DNA from: Nitrososphaerota archaeon
Lineage (GTDB): Archaea > Thermoproteota > Nitrososphaeria > Nitrososphaerales > Nitrosopumilaceae
Length of the DNA stretch: 64,000 nucleotides
Direction: 5' to 3'
Assembly: GCA_016201435.1 (NCBI GenBank)
Contig: JACQCT010000037.1
Location: forward strand, 14,908 to 78,907
In this document: positions 9,507 to 18,288 of the stretch, one piece after another
Layout: every line of letters begins with the position of its first letter
Position numbering within the stretch: the stretch's first letter is position 1
The notes under the pieces: model-generated
Databases searched by the model: none
Seen by the model: only the letters and a program-made list of their open reading frames with translations
Told to the model about the DNA's origin: nothing
Position numbers and translations under genes: made by a program

Positions 9507-9840
9507 ATTTTTTCTTACTTATTTCTTGAAGGATTTTTTTTATCCTAGAAATAGTTGGATAACTGTATCCTAATTTTCTATAGTTTGCAATCATCATCTT
9601 CCAATTTTTTAATCTCCATTGTGCTTGCTCTGAAGTTATTGAATGAATTTCGCGTTTGATTATGCTTTTTCTTCCTACTTTTAGAACGCCAGCATCTTTT
9701 GCAGTCCATCTATTTTTTGCAAAATGTAAGCCTGCAAGGATTTCTTCGATTGGTATTTCGTTAAAATATTCTTGTAGGTTTCTAATCTGTTGATCGGTTA
9801 GTTTTTTACTTGTCCTTAACGAAACTTCGAATTTCTCCAT
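9499..9840 (-). CDS. Basic hypothetical protein with possible C-terminal HTH
   Basis: 113 aa; LGYSYPTISRIKK resembles an HTH recognition helix. Confidence 0.7.
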   Translation of the reverse strand: MEKFEVSLRTSKKLTDQQIRNLQEYFNEIPIEEILAGLHFAKNRWTAKDAGVLKVGRKSIIKREIHSITSEQAQWRLKNWKMMIANYRKLGYSYPTISRIKKILQEISKKKSK

Positions 9841-10064
9841 ACTGATGACTGTTAAGCTGATATCTAAATGAATTATGGGTTCTTTAATAACTAAATTGAC
9901 CTTAAGCTAATCCAAAAATTACTCTTTTTTTAGTTTGATGTTACCAGCAATAATTACGATTTCATTATAAATTTTTAGACAGGCCTTATTTCCAATTATG
10001 AAAACGTGTCAGTCTAGAATGATACTTACTAGTACATAATATTACTAGAATCTTCACTATCGTA

Positions 10065-10385
10065 ATGCAAGTCTCAAGTGAGGAAAAAAATACATGTGAA
10101 ATAGGAAACAATGGATTTAAGAATACCATAAATTCGTATCATTATCAAAATGAGCAAACCAACACCGAAAAAATTTCTAAAATCAGCGAAGATGTATTAA
10201 ATAAAATAATAGATGTATTCTATAAAATTGAACAAATGAATGATGAAAAAATTAAACAAATGATAGAATCACATATTGGTAAAGCTGTAGTCGAGGATAA
10301 ATATGAGAAATTGGAACATGAAATGCATTATACCAATGTTACGCCAAGTATCCAGGCAAGTGTTTTCAAAAAGAGAGAAGCCTAG
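10065..10385 (+). CDS. Hypothetical protein
   Basis: 106-aa ATG ORF in otherwise empty space. Confidence 0.6.
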   Translation: MQVSSEEKNTCEIGNNGFKNTINSYHYQNEQTNTEKISKISEDVLNKIIDVFYKIEQMNDEKIKQMIESHIGKAVVEDKYEKLEHEMHYTNVTPSIQASVFKKREA

Positions 10386-10444
10386 AAACATCTCATTTCA
10401 ATAAAATATCATTTTTTATTTTCGTTCAAAAAACTTAGAACATA

Positions 10445-10555
10445 TTAAGATTTGGTGCTTTCAACTTGACACAATTTACAGTCGCAATCAAACAAGCCCA
10501 TTTTCCCTAGACACTCGACATGTTTCTCGTCAGAGCATTTGTAGCAAAGAACCAT
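10445..10555 (-). CDS. 36-aa Cys-rich metal-binding microprotein (not in ORF track)
   Basis: MVLCYKCSDEKHVECLGKMGLFDCDCKLCQVESTKS*; CxxC-x4-H-x2-C...CxCxxC. Confidence 0.65.
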   Translation of the reverse strand: MVLCYKCSDEKHVECLGKMGLFDCDCKLCQVESTKS

Positions 10556-10646
10556 TCTAAACTTGAAAAGATCAAAGTCGCTATAAATTGGTATCACATT
10601 CCAGAAAATCAAAAGGCTTACAGGTAGTCAATATACATATTACAAG

Positions 10647-10829
10647 ATGGAACGTAAAATTCCTGCTCCTGACAAGAAAACATTGGAGCACATGGCTACC
10701 CTGGATTGGAATGATCTTATGATATTCATGCATAAAAAATACGGTAAGAAATTCACACAGGATTTTCTAAGAAATTACACTTACAGGCTACAAAAACTGA
10801 AATGGCGCAAAAATCAAAAATGGAAGTAA
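10647..10829 (+). CDS. Small basic hypothetical protein
   Basis: 60-aa ATG ORF, helical composition. Confidence 0.6.
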   Translation: MERKIPAPDKKTLEHMATLDWNDLMIFMHKKYGKKFTQDFLRNYTYRLQKLKWRKNQKWK

Positions 10830-11119
10830 AAGGACAGAAAATCTTCGCTATTTTGAAGTTAAAAATACACAAAACATTCTTGTTTGCAATGCAATTCAAT
10901 GCATACATAGAGGTTAAATCATACCATAACGGAATCAACTGTTGGAAGAAAATGGTATCAGGCTATCATAATTCTGAACTTTTGAATTTCTTTGGTATAA
11001 AAGAGTCAAGAAAGTATATTCGTATTTGTGTAAGATGCGGTTCTGATAATATTCACCAAGAACAAAACTGTATTGAATGTAGAGAATGTGGCAAAGTCCT
11101 TTCCACCAAACATAACTAA
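10802..11119 (+). CDS. Zn-ribbon protein (true start probably a downstream ATG)
   Basis: C-terminal CVRCGS-x10-CRECG. Confidence 0.6.
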   Translation: MAQKSKMEVKGQKIFAILKLKIHKTFLFAMQFNAYIEVKSYHNGINCWKKMVSGYHNSELLNFFGIKESRKYIRICVRCGSDNIHQEQNCIECRECGKVLSTKHN

Positions 11120-11253
11120 TCACACTATAGTAAAACGAGCTAGAATGAGTAAAATTTGGTATTTTGAAGGTATCTGATGGTAGAGATAGTGTATTTTTTT
11201 AAAACATACAAGAAATTATGAAGCATTAGTTCGATAATAATACGAAGTCATTT

Positions 11254-11305
11254 AGCCGATTGGGTCATCACGTAACCCACATCCCAGACCCCTGACCCAA
11301 CGGCT
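11254..11305. other. GC-rich stem-loop with a C-rich loop
   Basis: AGCCG(A)TTGGGTCA...TGACCCAACGGCT: 13-bp stem with one bulge in AT-rich intergenic DNA. Confidence 0.6.
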
Positions 11306-11396
11306 TCCTTTTATCCGCTAATTTGGCATTATGAAAATCACAAACTAATGATCTATCGAATAATTATGGTCAAAAGCAGGGTGTTTAACAAGGAAG

Positions 11397-11591
11397 ATGG
11401 TTAGCGAAATAAGGGAAGAGACCTATTTGGACCAAAAAATGAATCAAATAGACGAAGAATTTGCTTCGTATGTTAGAATTAAAGAAGTTTTTCTTGATGA
11501 AGGCAGATTAGAAAAGGAGATTGTCACTGTCAAGAAAATGGATCCTATGATTCAGTGCTGGGATGAAGAAGAGAAAATGGCAGAGCCCTAG
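11397..11591 (+). CDS. Small acidic hypothetical protein
   Basis: 64-aa ATG ORF preceded by AGGAAG. Confidence 0.65.
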   Translation: MVSEIREETYLDQKMNQIDEEFASYVRIKEVFLDEGRLEKEIVTVKKMDPMIQCWDEEEKMAEP

Positions 11592-11864
11592 ATATCAAAT
11601 GGTTATTTTATGAATAAAAACCATGACAAATGATGGGGTTGAGCTTCTATTCGTACCATAAAAGATCAGATCAACTCTTACCAGGTAATGGGGGTGTTTT
11701 GACCATTGGCACGCATATGTACGCACAAATGTTAAACCCCCCGCTAAAAAGTGATTTTTTGAAAATATCACCCAATGCGTAATACGGAGTAAATCAAGAG
11801 GGGTTTAGCTTTTACATGTAACTTTAAATTTTCCTAATTTTTTGAGTTTTAATGTTCTCTATTT

Positions 11865-12113
11865 CTAATTTGTAACTGGAATTTTTTCCCTTGCTTGAAC
11901 TATTTCTATTTCTACAGTTTCTATGGGTTCATCTACTACATTTCGCCTAATGGAAAACATCTTTGGTTTATCGAAATCTTTAGTGCAGTCGGGACAAGCA
12001 TAAACCAGAACTCTATGTTCATTGGGAGCTTTTGGGTTAGAAAGACGTGGGTAATAGACTAATCTTCCCCCACAATCCACGCAATATCTATTTGCGCGTC
12101 TTGTTCTGGCCAA
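11865..12113 (-). CDS. Zn-ribbon protein
   Basis: CVDCG...CPDC; GGAGG Shine-Dalgarno just upstream. Confidence 0.8.
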   Translation of the reverse strand: MARTRRANRYCVDCGGRLVYYPRLSNPKAPNEHRVLVYACPDCTKDFDKPKMFSIRRNVVDEPIETVEIEIVQAREKIPVTN

Positions 12114-12198
12114 TGCGGACCTCCTGCATATATCCAGATGTTATGATCGGTATAAGATCTAAGTAGTCTAATAGAATGAACACAAATGTGATCGCACA

Positions 12199-12232
12199 AC
12201 AATATTTCAAAACTCGGGTTTTGAAACATACA
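12199..12232. repeat. 34-bp palindrome, divergent copy 3
   Basis: ACAATATTTCAAAACTCGGGTTTTGAAACATACA; same arms, symmetric T/A to C/G change next to the centre. Confidence 0.75.
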
Positions 12233-12280
12233 AAACAAACACGCATAATTTTTAAAAGCTTGAAGTACAGTTAACAAAAT

Positions 12281-12314
12281 ATAATGTTTCAAAATTCGAA
12301 TTTAGAAATATTAT
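12281..12314. repeat. 34-bp palindrome, copy 2 (3 nt from the tRNA-Asn 3' end)
   Basis: ATAATGTTTCAAAATTCGAATTTAGAAATATTAT. Confidence 0.9.
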
Positions 12315-12317
12315 AAG

Positions 12318-12391
12318 CGCCGCCCGTCAGACTTGAACTGACGACCAGCTGATTAACAGTCAGCTGCTCTACCACGCTGAGCTAGGGCGGC
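12318..12391 (-). tRNA. tRNA-Asn(GTT)
   Basis: GCCGCCC acceptor stem, AGCTCAG..TGGTAGAGC D-arm, CTGTTAA anticodon loop, GTTCAAG T-loop; no intron; CCA not encoded. Confidence 0.96.
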
Positions 12392-12435
12392 AATAGATTT
12401 GTTCGTAGAATATGCGGATTTAATCCTTGCTAAGA

Positions 12436-12993
12436 TTATTTTTGGATCCCATCTAATTTTTCAAAGAGATAGATTCCGTCTAAGAAAACTCTATGATCTT
12501 TGTTTCTGACTTTGGTGTTTTGTTGTAGACTCCCAGCAGTTTGAGAAACATCTGTCAAAACAGGTCCAGTTATTATCACATCGTCTCCTTTAGAGACTAC
12601 CTTAGTATCACCAACTATTTTTGAAATGCGAGCAGCCCGTTCACCTTGGAAATTTTCTACAAGAACAGTATTGTCTTTTACTTTTACTGTGATTGGAAAG
12701 TGAGCATAAACGATTTTCATTTTGAATGTATATCCTTGCTGAACGCCCTTAATGAGAGTGTTAATTATTGATTCCGCAGTCTTGAATATGGCATAGTCTT
12801 TTTTTCTTGTTCCAAACGACTTTAACGTGATGTTTTTTCCGCTTACTTGCATATCTACTGGTATTTTTTTAAAGTTCTTTCTTGTTTTACCTAATGGTCC
12901 TTCAACATTTAGGATTCGATGTTTTTCTGTAACCTTAACAGTTTCAGGCACGGTGATTGTCAATTCGTGATTTTCCGTTTGTTTAGTAGACAT
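12436..12993 (-). CDS. rpl6: 50S ribosomal protein uL6
   Basis: VEGPLG, YAHFPI, NFQGE, DHRVFLDGIY. Confidence 0.96.
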   Translation of the reverse strand: MSTKQTENHELTITVPETVKVTEKHRILNVEGPLGKTRKNFKKIPVDMQVSGKNITLKSFGTRKKDYAIFKTAESIINTLIKGVQQGYTFKMKIVYAHFPITVKVKDNTVLVENFQGERAARISKIVGDTKVVSKGDDVIITGPVLTDVSQTAGSLQQNTKVRNKDHRVFLDGIYLFEKLDGIQK

Positions 12994-13375
12994 ATCCTAT
13001 CAAAAGTCCTCCCAATCCTTTTGTTGTTGCTTCATGATGAGACATTACTCCATGATTTGTAGTGACTAATAGCATACCTCGTGAATATGATGGAAGATAT
13101 TCTTGTTCCCACTTTGCATAATCATCTTTTTTCACCTTAAATCTTGGAGTGATTGCACCACATTTTGTTATTTTTGCCAAAAGTTGAATCTTGAATTTAC
13201 CGCCTTTTTTATCATCAATGTGCTCAAACTCCCCAATATAGCTATGATTTTGAAGTGTCTTTAGTATTTCCATAGCAAGTTTTGATGACGGCAATACAAT
13301 ACACTCGTTTTTGCGTCTAGCTTCAGTATTGAAAAGCGTAACAAATAGGTTTGAAATTATATTATTTGATGGCAT
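12983..13375 (-). CDS. rps8: 30S ribosomal protein uS8
   Basis: PSSKL, GEFEHIDD, CGAITPRF, TTNHGVMSH. Confidence 0.96.
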   Translation of the reverse strand: MPSNNIISNLFVTLFNTEARRKNECIVLPSSKLAMEILKTLQNHSYIGEFEHIDDKKGGKFKIQLLAKITKCGAITPRFKVKKDDYAKWEQEYLPSYSRGMLLVTTNHGVMSHHEATTKGLGGLLIGYVY

Positions 13376-13379
13376 ATTA

Positions 13380-13559
13380 TCACTTAAATTTTCTAAATCC
13401 TAAAGATACCGCAACTTCGCGGAAACAACGTCTGCACAAGTCTAGATCATATTTTTGAATTACTGCATTATAGTCCCCACAACGCTTACACCATCTTGAA
13501 CCTTTGCCAAATTTGTGTACTGTTCTTCCTGTTACTGCATAGTCTCGAATTTTTACCAT
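13380..13559 (-). CDS. rps14: 30S ribosomal protein uS14, Zn-binding (not in ORF track)
   Basis: [59 protein letters not shown]; canonical position between rpl5 and rps8. Confidence 0.97.
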   Translation of the reverse strand: MVKIRDYAVTGRTVHKFGKGSRWCKRCGDYNAVIQKYDLDLCRRCFREVAVSLGFRKFK

Positions 13560-13560
13560 T

Positions 13561-14082
13561 TTATACTACCTCTATTCCAAATTCTTTGGTCAGAAATGCC
13601 TTTGCTTCTTCACTTGTAATTCTGTGATGACCTCCAACACTTGCTTTATGTTTGCTTCTAAATCTGATATTAAATCCAGGCCTTGTCAATGAAATTGATA
13701 CATCCAATCCCAAAATACCAACATTAGGATCATATTTTACTTTTGGAATATCGATGTGCTCTTTTATTCCAAATGAAAGATTCCCAAAATCATCAAAAGA
13801 TGAACCCTTTATCTGTTTACCTTTTGCATCAAATAATCTTTTAATTAGTTCAATAGCAGGTTCTCTTCTAAGAGTTACAGCTACACCTATGGGCTCACCT
13901 TTGTGTACACCCCAATCTCTTTGTGTTGCTTTTGCCATACGAGGACTTGGCTGTTGTCCGGCAATCTGTTCTAGGGCACGCTTTGCTTTCTCAATTGGTT
14001 CACCTGACTTACCTACACCCATGTTTAGTACTACTTTCGCAACTGTTATTTTCTTCATTTTGGATTCTAATTTTTGCGACAT
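13561..14082 (-). CDS. rpl5: 50S ribosomal protein uL5
   Basis: [30 protein letters not shown] start chosen at 14082. Confidence 0.96.
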   Translation of the reverse strand: MSQKLESKMKKITVAKVVLNMGVGKSGEPIEKAKRALEQIAGQQPSPRMAKATQRDWGVHKGEPIGVAVTLRREPAIELIKRLFDAKGKQIKGSSFDDFGNLSFGIKEHIDIPKVKYDPNVGILGLDVSISLTRPGFNIRFRSKHKASVGGHHRITSEEAKAFLTKEFGIEVV

Positions 14083-14087
14083 AATGT

Positions 14088-14804
14088 TCACTCTATTTGT
14101 ATCACTGGCTTGTCTTTTCCTACCGCCATCACAAGCTCCGATGGAATGTCAATTTGTCTTTCACCAATATCTACTAACGCACGTCGTGGAAGTACAAATG
14201 TTCCTTCTTTTATTTCAATAACTTTACCAACATGACCTGCATTAATTCCGCTTGTTATGACAACTTGAGCACCTTTCTCTAATTTTATAATATCAAGAAT
14301 TTTAGTCTCAGGTATCTGCATAACACAGGTATCGCCGATATTTACTTTTGCGTCAGAGATAAGAGTACGGCCATCATGAAATCCAATTTGCGTTTTAGAA
14401 TTTTTTATTGTGGCTTTTTTTGTTACTTGAAGTAGTTTCTTGGTTTTTTCAGATGGATTTATCTTAATTGGTCGTAGTACAAAGGAATTCTTTGGTACCA
14501 GTCTATAAACATCCTGAATTCCTTCAAGCTCTACTACATCCATAAGACCAATTCCATGGTGTAGTGATCGTCGTATAATACCGTCCACCTTTACTTTTCC
14601 TCCGTAAATTACTGATTTTACTTCTCTTAGTGTATTTACAAGTTTTAAAGTATCACGTATAAAGACAGCACTCGGTATTGCGAGATGTTTTGAATGACTA
14701 CCGGGCTTTACAGTTACTACAAATCTAGAATCCTTTCTAGTAATGCCCCAGAAAATTGGAGCCATTTGGCGTTTTAATTTCTTGCTTCCTGCTATGCTTA
14801 CCAT
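14088..14804 (-). CDS. rps4e: 30S ribosomal protein eS4
   Basis: KLKRQMAP, VKVDG, IGLMDV, HDGRT, GINAGHVG. Confidence 0.96.
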   Translation of the reverse strand: MVSIAGSKKLKRQMAPIFWGITRKDSRFVVTVKPGSHSKHLAIPSAVFIRDTLKLVNTLREVKSVIYGGKVKVDGIIRRSLHHGIGLMDVVELEGIQDVYRLVPKNSFVLRPIKINPSEKTKKLLQVTKKATIKNSKTQIGFHDGRTLISDAKVNIGDTCVMQIPETKILDIIKLEKGAQVVITSGINAGHVGKVIEIKEGTFVLPRRALVDIGERQIDIPSELVMAVGKDKPVIQIE

Positions 14805-15382
14805 TACCTAGTCTCCTTTTTTACTGATTTAGCTGTTTTTGTTTGTTTTCCTTTTTTTTCTGGTAGTTTTTCTGATTTAGTAATTTTCACTTTAGATTTC
14901 GTTGTTTTTGGTGTTTCTTTGATTTGTTTTGATTTTTCTTTAGTTCCAGTGGATTTTGCTTTAGTTTCAAGAGTATCTTTTGGTTTTGAAATTTCTTTTT
15001 GAGATTCCACAGATTTTTCTTTTGCAGTCTTTGTTTTTTGTCCTTCAAGTCTGTTTTGTCTCCATTTGTCTTCCAGATTTAAGTTGGTAATCATTAGATT
15101 TGATGTATGAATGTAAAGATCAACATTACCACCTTTGAGTTTTTCACGTTTTATTCCCTCAATTGCTACGCCATTTTTTTCCGAAGACACTTGAGTTACC
15201 TTGCCTTCTATTCCTTTGAATTCACCGCGCATTACTTTTACATTATCGCCTTCAACTACACGTACACTGTGTTTATGATATTTTTCTTGTAATTCTTTTG
15301 AAAGCATCGATCCCAGTTGTTTACTTTTAAAATGGTGAGGTGCTTGGTAAATCATTCTGTTTCGGATTATTGTTGGCTTCAT
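14804..15382 (-). CDS. rpl24: 50S ribosomal protein uL24 with a long Lys-rich C-terminal tail
   Basis: LSKELQEKY, GDNVKVMRGEFKG KOW motif, IHTSNL; start MKPT at 15382. Confidence 0.93.
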   Translation of the reverse strand: MKPTIIRNRMIYQAPHHFKSKQLGSMLSKELQEKYHKHSVRVVEGDNVKVMRGEFKGIEGKVTQVSSEKNGVAIEGIKREKLKGGNVDLYIHTSNLMITNLNLEDKWRQNRLEGQKTKTAKEKSVESQKEISKPKDTLETKAKSTGTKEKSKQIKETPKTTKSKVKITKSEKLPEKKGKQTKTAKSVKKETR

Positions 15383-15383
15383 T

Positions 15384-15821
15384 TTATACCACCATAGATG
15401 CAAGGTTTGCTATTCTTGGCCACTTTTCTGATGCTTCTGCTGCAACAGGGCCTTTGATCTCAGTTCCCTTGATCTCACCTTCAGGTGTAACCAATACACC
15501 CGCATTATCCTCAAAACAAAGTCTTACTCCATTGAGTCTTTTTATTGGATATTTTTGTCTTATTACAACAGCACCAAAAATTTGACCCCGTAATTCTCCT
15601 GGTCCTTTTTTTACAACTACGTTTACAAAATCACCTACAGCCGCAGAAGGATATCTTGAAACTCTAGTTTTTGTTTTTTGAACCATTATAATTTCTAAAA
15701 CTTTTGCACCTGTATTATCTGCACAAATAATTTGAGCTCCTAGTGGGAGTGCTCTAGTAATATATGGTCTGAATTCTTGAACACCTTTTGCAGATACTGC
15801 ACGACTTTTGGTTGCACCCAT
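15384..15821 (-). CDS. rpl14: 50S ribosomal protein uL14
   Basis: CADNTGAK, AVVIRQ, FEDNAGV, IKGPVA. Confidence 0.97.
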   Translation of the reverse strand: MGATKSRAVSAKGVQEFRPYITRALPLGAQIICADNTGAKVLEIIMVQKTKTRVSRYPSAAVGDFVNVVVKKGPGELRGQIFGAVVIRQKYPIKRLNGVRLCFEDNAGVLVTPEGEIKGTEIKGPVAAEASEKWPRIANLASMVV

Positions 15822-16144
15822 TATGACTTGACCTCCACGACTACAAATGAAACACTCTTTGAGATAGGCTTACACTCTGCGGTTAGAACAATATCTCCTT
15901 CTTTTACATCAATACAAGATGGTTTGTATGCATGAGTTTTGCTTTGACTTCTTGCATATCTTTTGTATTTTGTAATAAACTTTGGGGTTTCTTGTTGAAC
16001 AACAACCATCTTTGGCGCCTTTGCACTTACTACTTTACCTTGAATTAATTTTCCACGCACACTAAGCGTACCATGAAACGGACAAAGATGGTCAGTACAT
16101 TCTGTTGTAGGCGCAGTTACAGGAATACCAATATTACGAGTCAT
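15821..16144 (-). CDS. rps17: 30S ribosomal protein uS17
   Basis: CPFHG.LSVRG, KYKRY, ECKPISKS. Confidence 0.96.
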   Translation of the reverse strand: MTRNIGIPVTAPTTECTDHLCPFHGTLSVRGKLIQGKVVSAKAPKMVVVQQETPKFITKYKRYARSQSKTHAYKPSCIDVKEGDIVLTAECKPISKSVSFVVVEVKS

Positions 16145-16407
16145 GTTTTTCCTCCCAATCTTTCTTGAGGTCTTTTTGTTAGCAAGTTCCCATTCACTAT
16201 AGATTCGTTTTTATCAAAAGAAAACTTCCATTCGGCAATTTCTTTTGGTATTTTTTTAATGCCATTTATTGTATTTAGAAATAACATTGATCTTGTTTCA
16301 TCTACAATCTTTCCTGAAATACCAGTGATTTGTTCATTATTACTTTTCACTACTATAGCTTCCAATCCTATTAGTTCATGCATAAGTAGATTTTCTTGAG
16401 TGATCAT
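16141..16407 (-). CDS. rnp1: RNase P protein component 1 (Rpp29/Pop4)
   Basis: HELIGL, GISGKIVDETR, RPQER; canonical position. Confidence 0.93.
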   Translation of the reverse strand: MITQENLLMHELIGLEAIVVKSNNEQITGISGKIVDETRSMLFLNTINGIKKIPKEIAEWKFSFDKNESIVNGNLLTKRPQERLGGKT

Positions 16408-16607
16408 TGTTTTTTCATCTCATTTAGTCTTGTTAACATTCTAGCAATATCTCTTCGCAATGGTTTCAGTTTACCACTTTCTTTTTTAAGGGTGCCTTTT
16501 GATGATTCTATACGTAATTTTGTAAGTTCTGAACGAAGTTGTTCTAGTCTATCTTTTAGATCAGTTTCATTAAATTGACGTATTGTTTTCATTTTCATCC
16601 GTGTCAT
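16404..16607 (-). CDS. rpl29: 50S ribosomal protein uL29
   Basis: LRSEL...RRDIARMLT. Confidence 0.95.
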   Translation of the reverse strand: MTRMKMKTIRQFNETDLKDRLEQLRSELTKLRIESSKGTLKKESGKLKPLRRDIARMLTRLNEMKKQ

Positions 16608-17389
16608 TACTTTAATTCCTCCTCAATTTCTTCAAAAGTCTCCACTTGTTCAACAAGTTTTTCTTCGATTTCAATTAGTTCACTTTCGGTTCTTGGTTTT
16701 GTCGGATCTGCTGGAATTTCCGCTATTTCTGCTATTTCTTTTTCTTCAATTTCTTTTTCTTCTATTACCGGTGGTTTTGCTATTACCGCCTCTTTTTTCA
16801 TTGCTTTAAGTTCAAATTCTGGAATATATCGCTCCTTTATTGCAATTCTAATTCGTACTCCAATCAGACCCATCTTTGTTTGAACATGAACAATATCTTC
16901 AGAAACTATAACATCTGCAAAATGACCAGCTCTTGGCAGAATTCCTTTGCTGTGTTTTTCAAAAGAAGATCTGTCGCCTCTCAATTTTCCTGAAGTTGTA
17001 ATTTGTACGCCCATTGCACCGGCATTCATTATGGTTTGCATAGTCCACATCACAGCACGTCTAAATGCAGTTCCTCTTGCAAGATGCTGCGACATCCTAT
17101 TACACATCACACTTGGTTGAAGTTCCGGTCTGATAATTTCTATAACTGAAATTTGTGGATTCTTAAGATCAAAGTCTTTTTCTAAAACTTTTGTCAGATC
17201 ACGTATTCCAGAACCTTTTCTGCCTATTACTATGCCAGGTCTTGTGACATGTAACCCGACACGAGTTCCTGTCGGTGTTTTTTGTATATCAACTTCAGAA
17301 AATCCTGCTTCTTTAATTGCTTCTCTAAGATAGTCTTTTAGAAGCATGAGTTTGTAACTATCATTTATCACATTTTTTACTGATGACAT
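16607..17389 (-). CDS. rps3: 30S ribosomal protein uS3 with an acidic C-terminal tail
   Basis: RPGIVIGRKG KH motif, GAMGVQI, SGKLRG. Confidence 0.96.
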   Translation of the reverse strand: MSSVKNVINDSYKLMLLKDYLREAIKEAGFSEVDIQKTPTGTRVGLHVTRPGIVIGRKGSGIRDLTKVLEKDFDLKNPQISVIEIIRPELQPSVMCNRMSQHLARGTAFRRAVMWTMQTIMNAGAMGVQITTSGKLRGDRSSFEKHSKGILPRAGHFADVIVSEDIVHVQTKMGLIGVRIRIAIKERYIPEFELKAMKKEAVIAKPPVIEEKEIEEKEIAEIAEIPADPTKPRTESELIEIEEKLVEQVETFEEIEEELK

Positions 17390-17390
17390 T

Positions 17391-17855
17391 TTAAATCTCC
17401 TGAGCTACGAGTTCCACATGTGTTAGTATGTCAACTTTTGGCGATGCTCTTCCCATTGCACGTGGAGTAAACCTTTGAAGTTTTCTTCCTTTATGTACAG
17501 TAGCATTTATTATTTTTAGTCTGTCCAAGTCCATCCCACGGTATTCTGCGTTTGATTCTAAATTATCAATAAGTTTAACAAATTCAGTAGCTGCTTTTTG
17601 CGGATATCGTCCAGCCATTACTCCCGTGTCTGATTTGTGTCCGACTTCGTTGTTATATCTTCTAAATGGCACTGCACGTTTCAGTCTTATGACATCTTGT
17701 AGATAATCTCTGGCAGTGTCTATTGACATGCCTTTTATTTTAACTGCAATTTCACGTGCATGTTTATGAGAAATTGTTTTTTCTCTAAGTGAGGCACGAA
17801 CGTGTCTTGTCCTGTCATAATTTTGAAAAGCATATTTGAATTGCATATTACTCAC
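17391..17855 (-). CDS. rpl22: 50S ribosomal protein uL22
   Basis: ISHKHAREI, AVPFRRYN, GRYPQK, PRAMGRA. Confidence 0.96.
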   Translation of the reverse strand: MSNMQFKYAFQNYDRTRHVRASLREKTISHKHAREIAVKIKGMSIDTARDYLQDVIRLKRAVPFRRYNNEVGHKSDTGVMAGRYPQKAATEFVKLIDNLESNAEYRGMDLDRLKIINATVHKGRKLQRFTPRAMGRASPKVDILTHVELVAQEI

Positions 17856-18247
17856 TTTAATGGAACATACAAGCTAGAACGTGATGCTCCAACACCCGGA
17901 GCTCCATGTTGAACTCTTTTGTTTGTTAATGAAAACTCCCCCAAATAGTGACCAACCATTTCTGGTTTTATTATTACTGGATGAAATTCTTTTCCGGTGA
18001 AAACGTTGATTGTAAGTCCTATCATATATGGAAGAATTATCAAATCTCTAAGATGTGTTTTAATTGGGGTAGTAAGTTTCCCTGCTTTTGCCAACTTTAC
18101 TTCCTCTAGTAGTTTTCTTTTATTATCAGTAATGCCTCTAGTAAGAGATCTTCTGGCTCTAGCTGGAAATAGCTCAAAGAGTTTTTCTAAGGACAGAGTC
18201 TGTAATTCTTCTGTAGGTACTCCTCTATACTTGAATTCCTTAACCAC
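17852..18247 (-). CDS. rps19: 30S ribosomal protein uS19
   Basis: FKYRG, KTHLRD, EMVGHYLGEF, SSLYVPLK. Confidence 0.97.
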   Translation of the reverse strand: MVKEFKYRGVPTEELQTLSLEKLFELFPARARRSLTRGITDNKRKLLEEVKLAKAGKLTTPIKTHLRDLIILPYMIGLTINVFTGKEFHPVIIKPEMVGHYLGEFSLTNKRVQHGAPGVGASRSSLYVPLK

Positions 18248-18288
18248 GTTTATTCACCATCATTCGAAATGATTCAGGACAGACCATA

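Noticed and set aside
12059..12292. 77-aa minus-strand ORF
   Set aside because: Runs through two palindrome copies and overlaps the Zn-ribbon gene start in another frame.
8714..12391. Provirus or integrative element at tRNA-Asn
   Set aside because: No integrase, no duplicated tRNA 3' end seen, no viral hallmark genes; the flanking repeats are inverted, not direct.
13652..14221. 189-aa + strand ORF, and similar antisense ORFs in bio, pur, uvr and r-protein genes
   Set aside because: Shadows opposite well-conserved genes, with no motifs.
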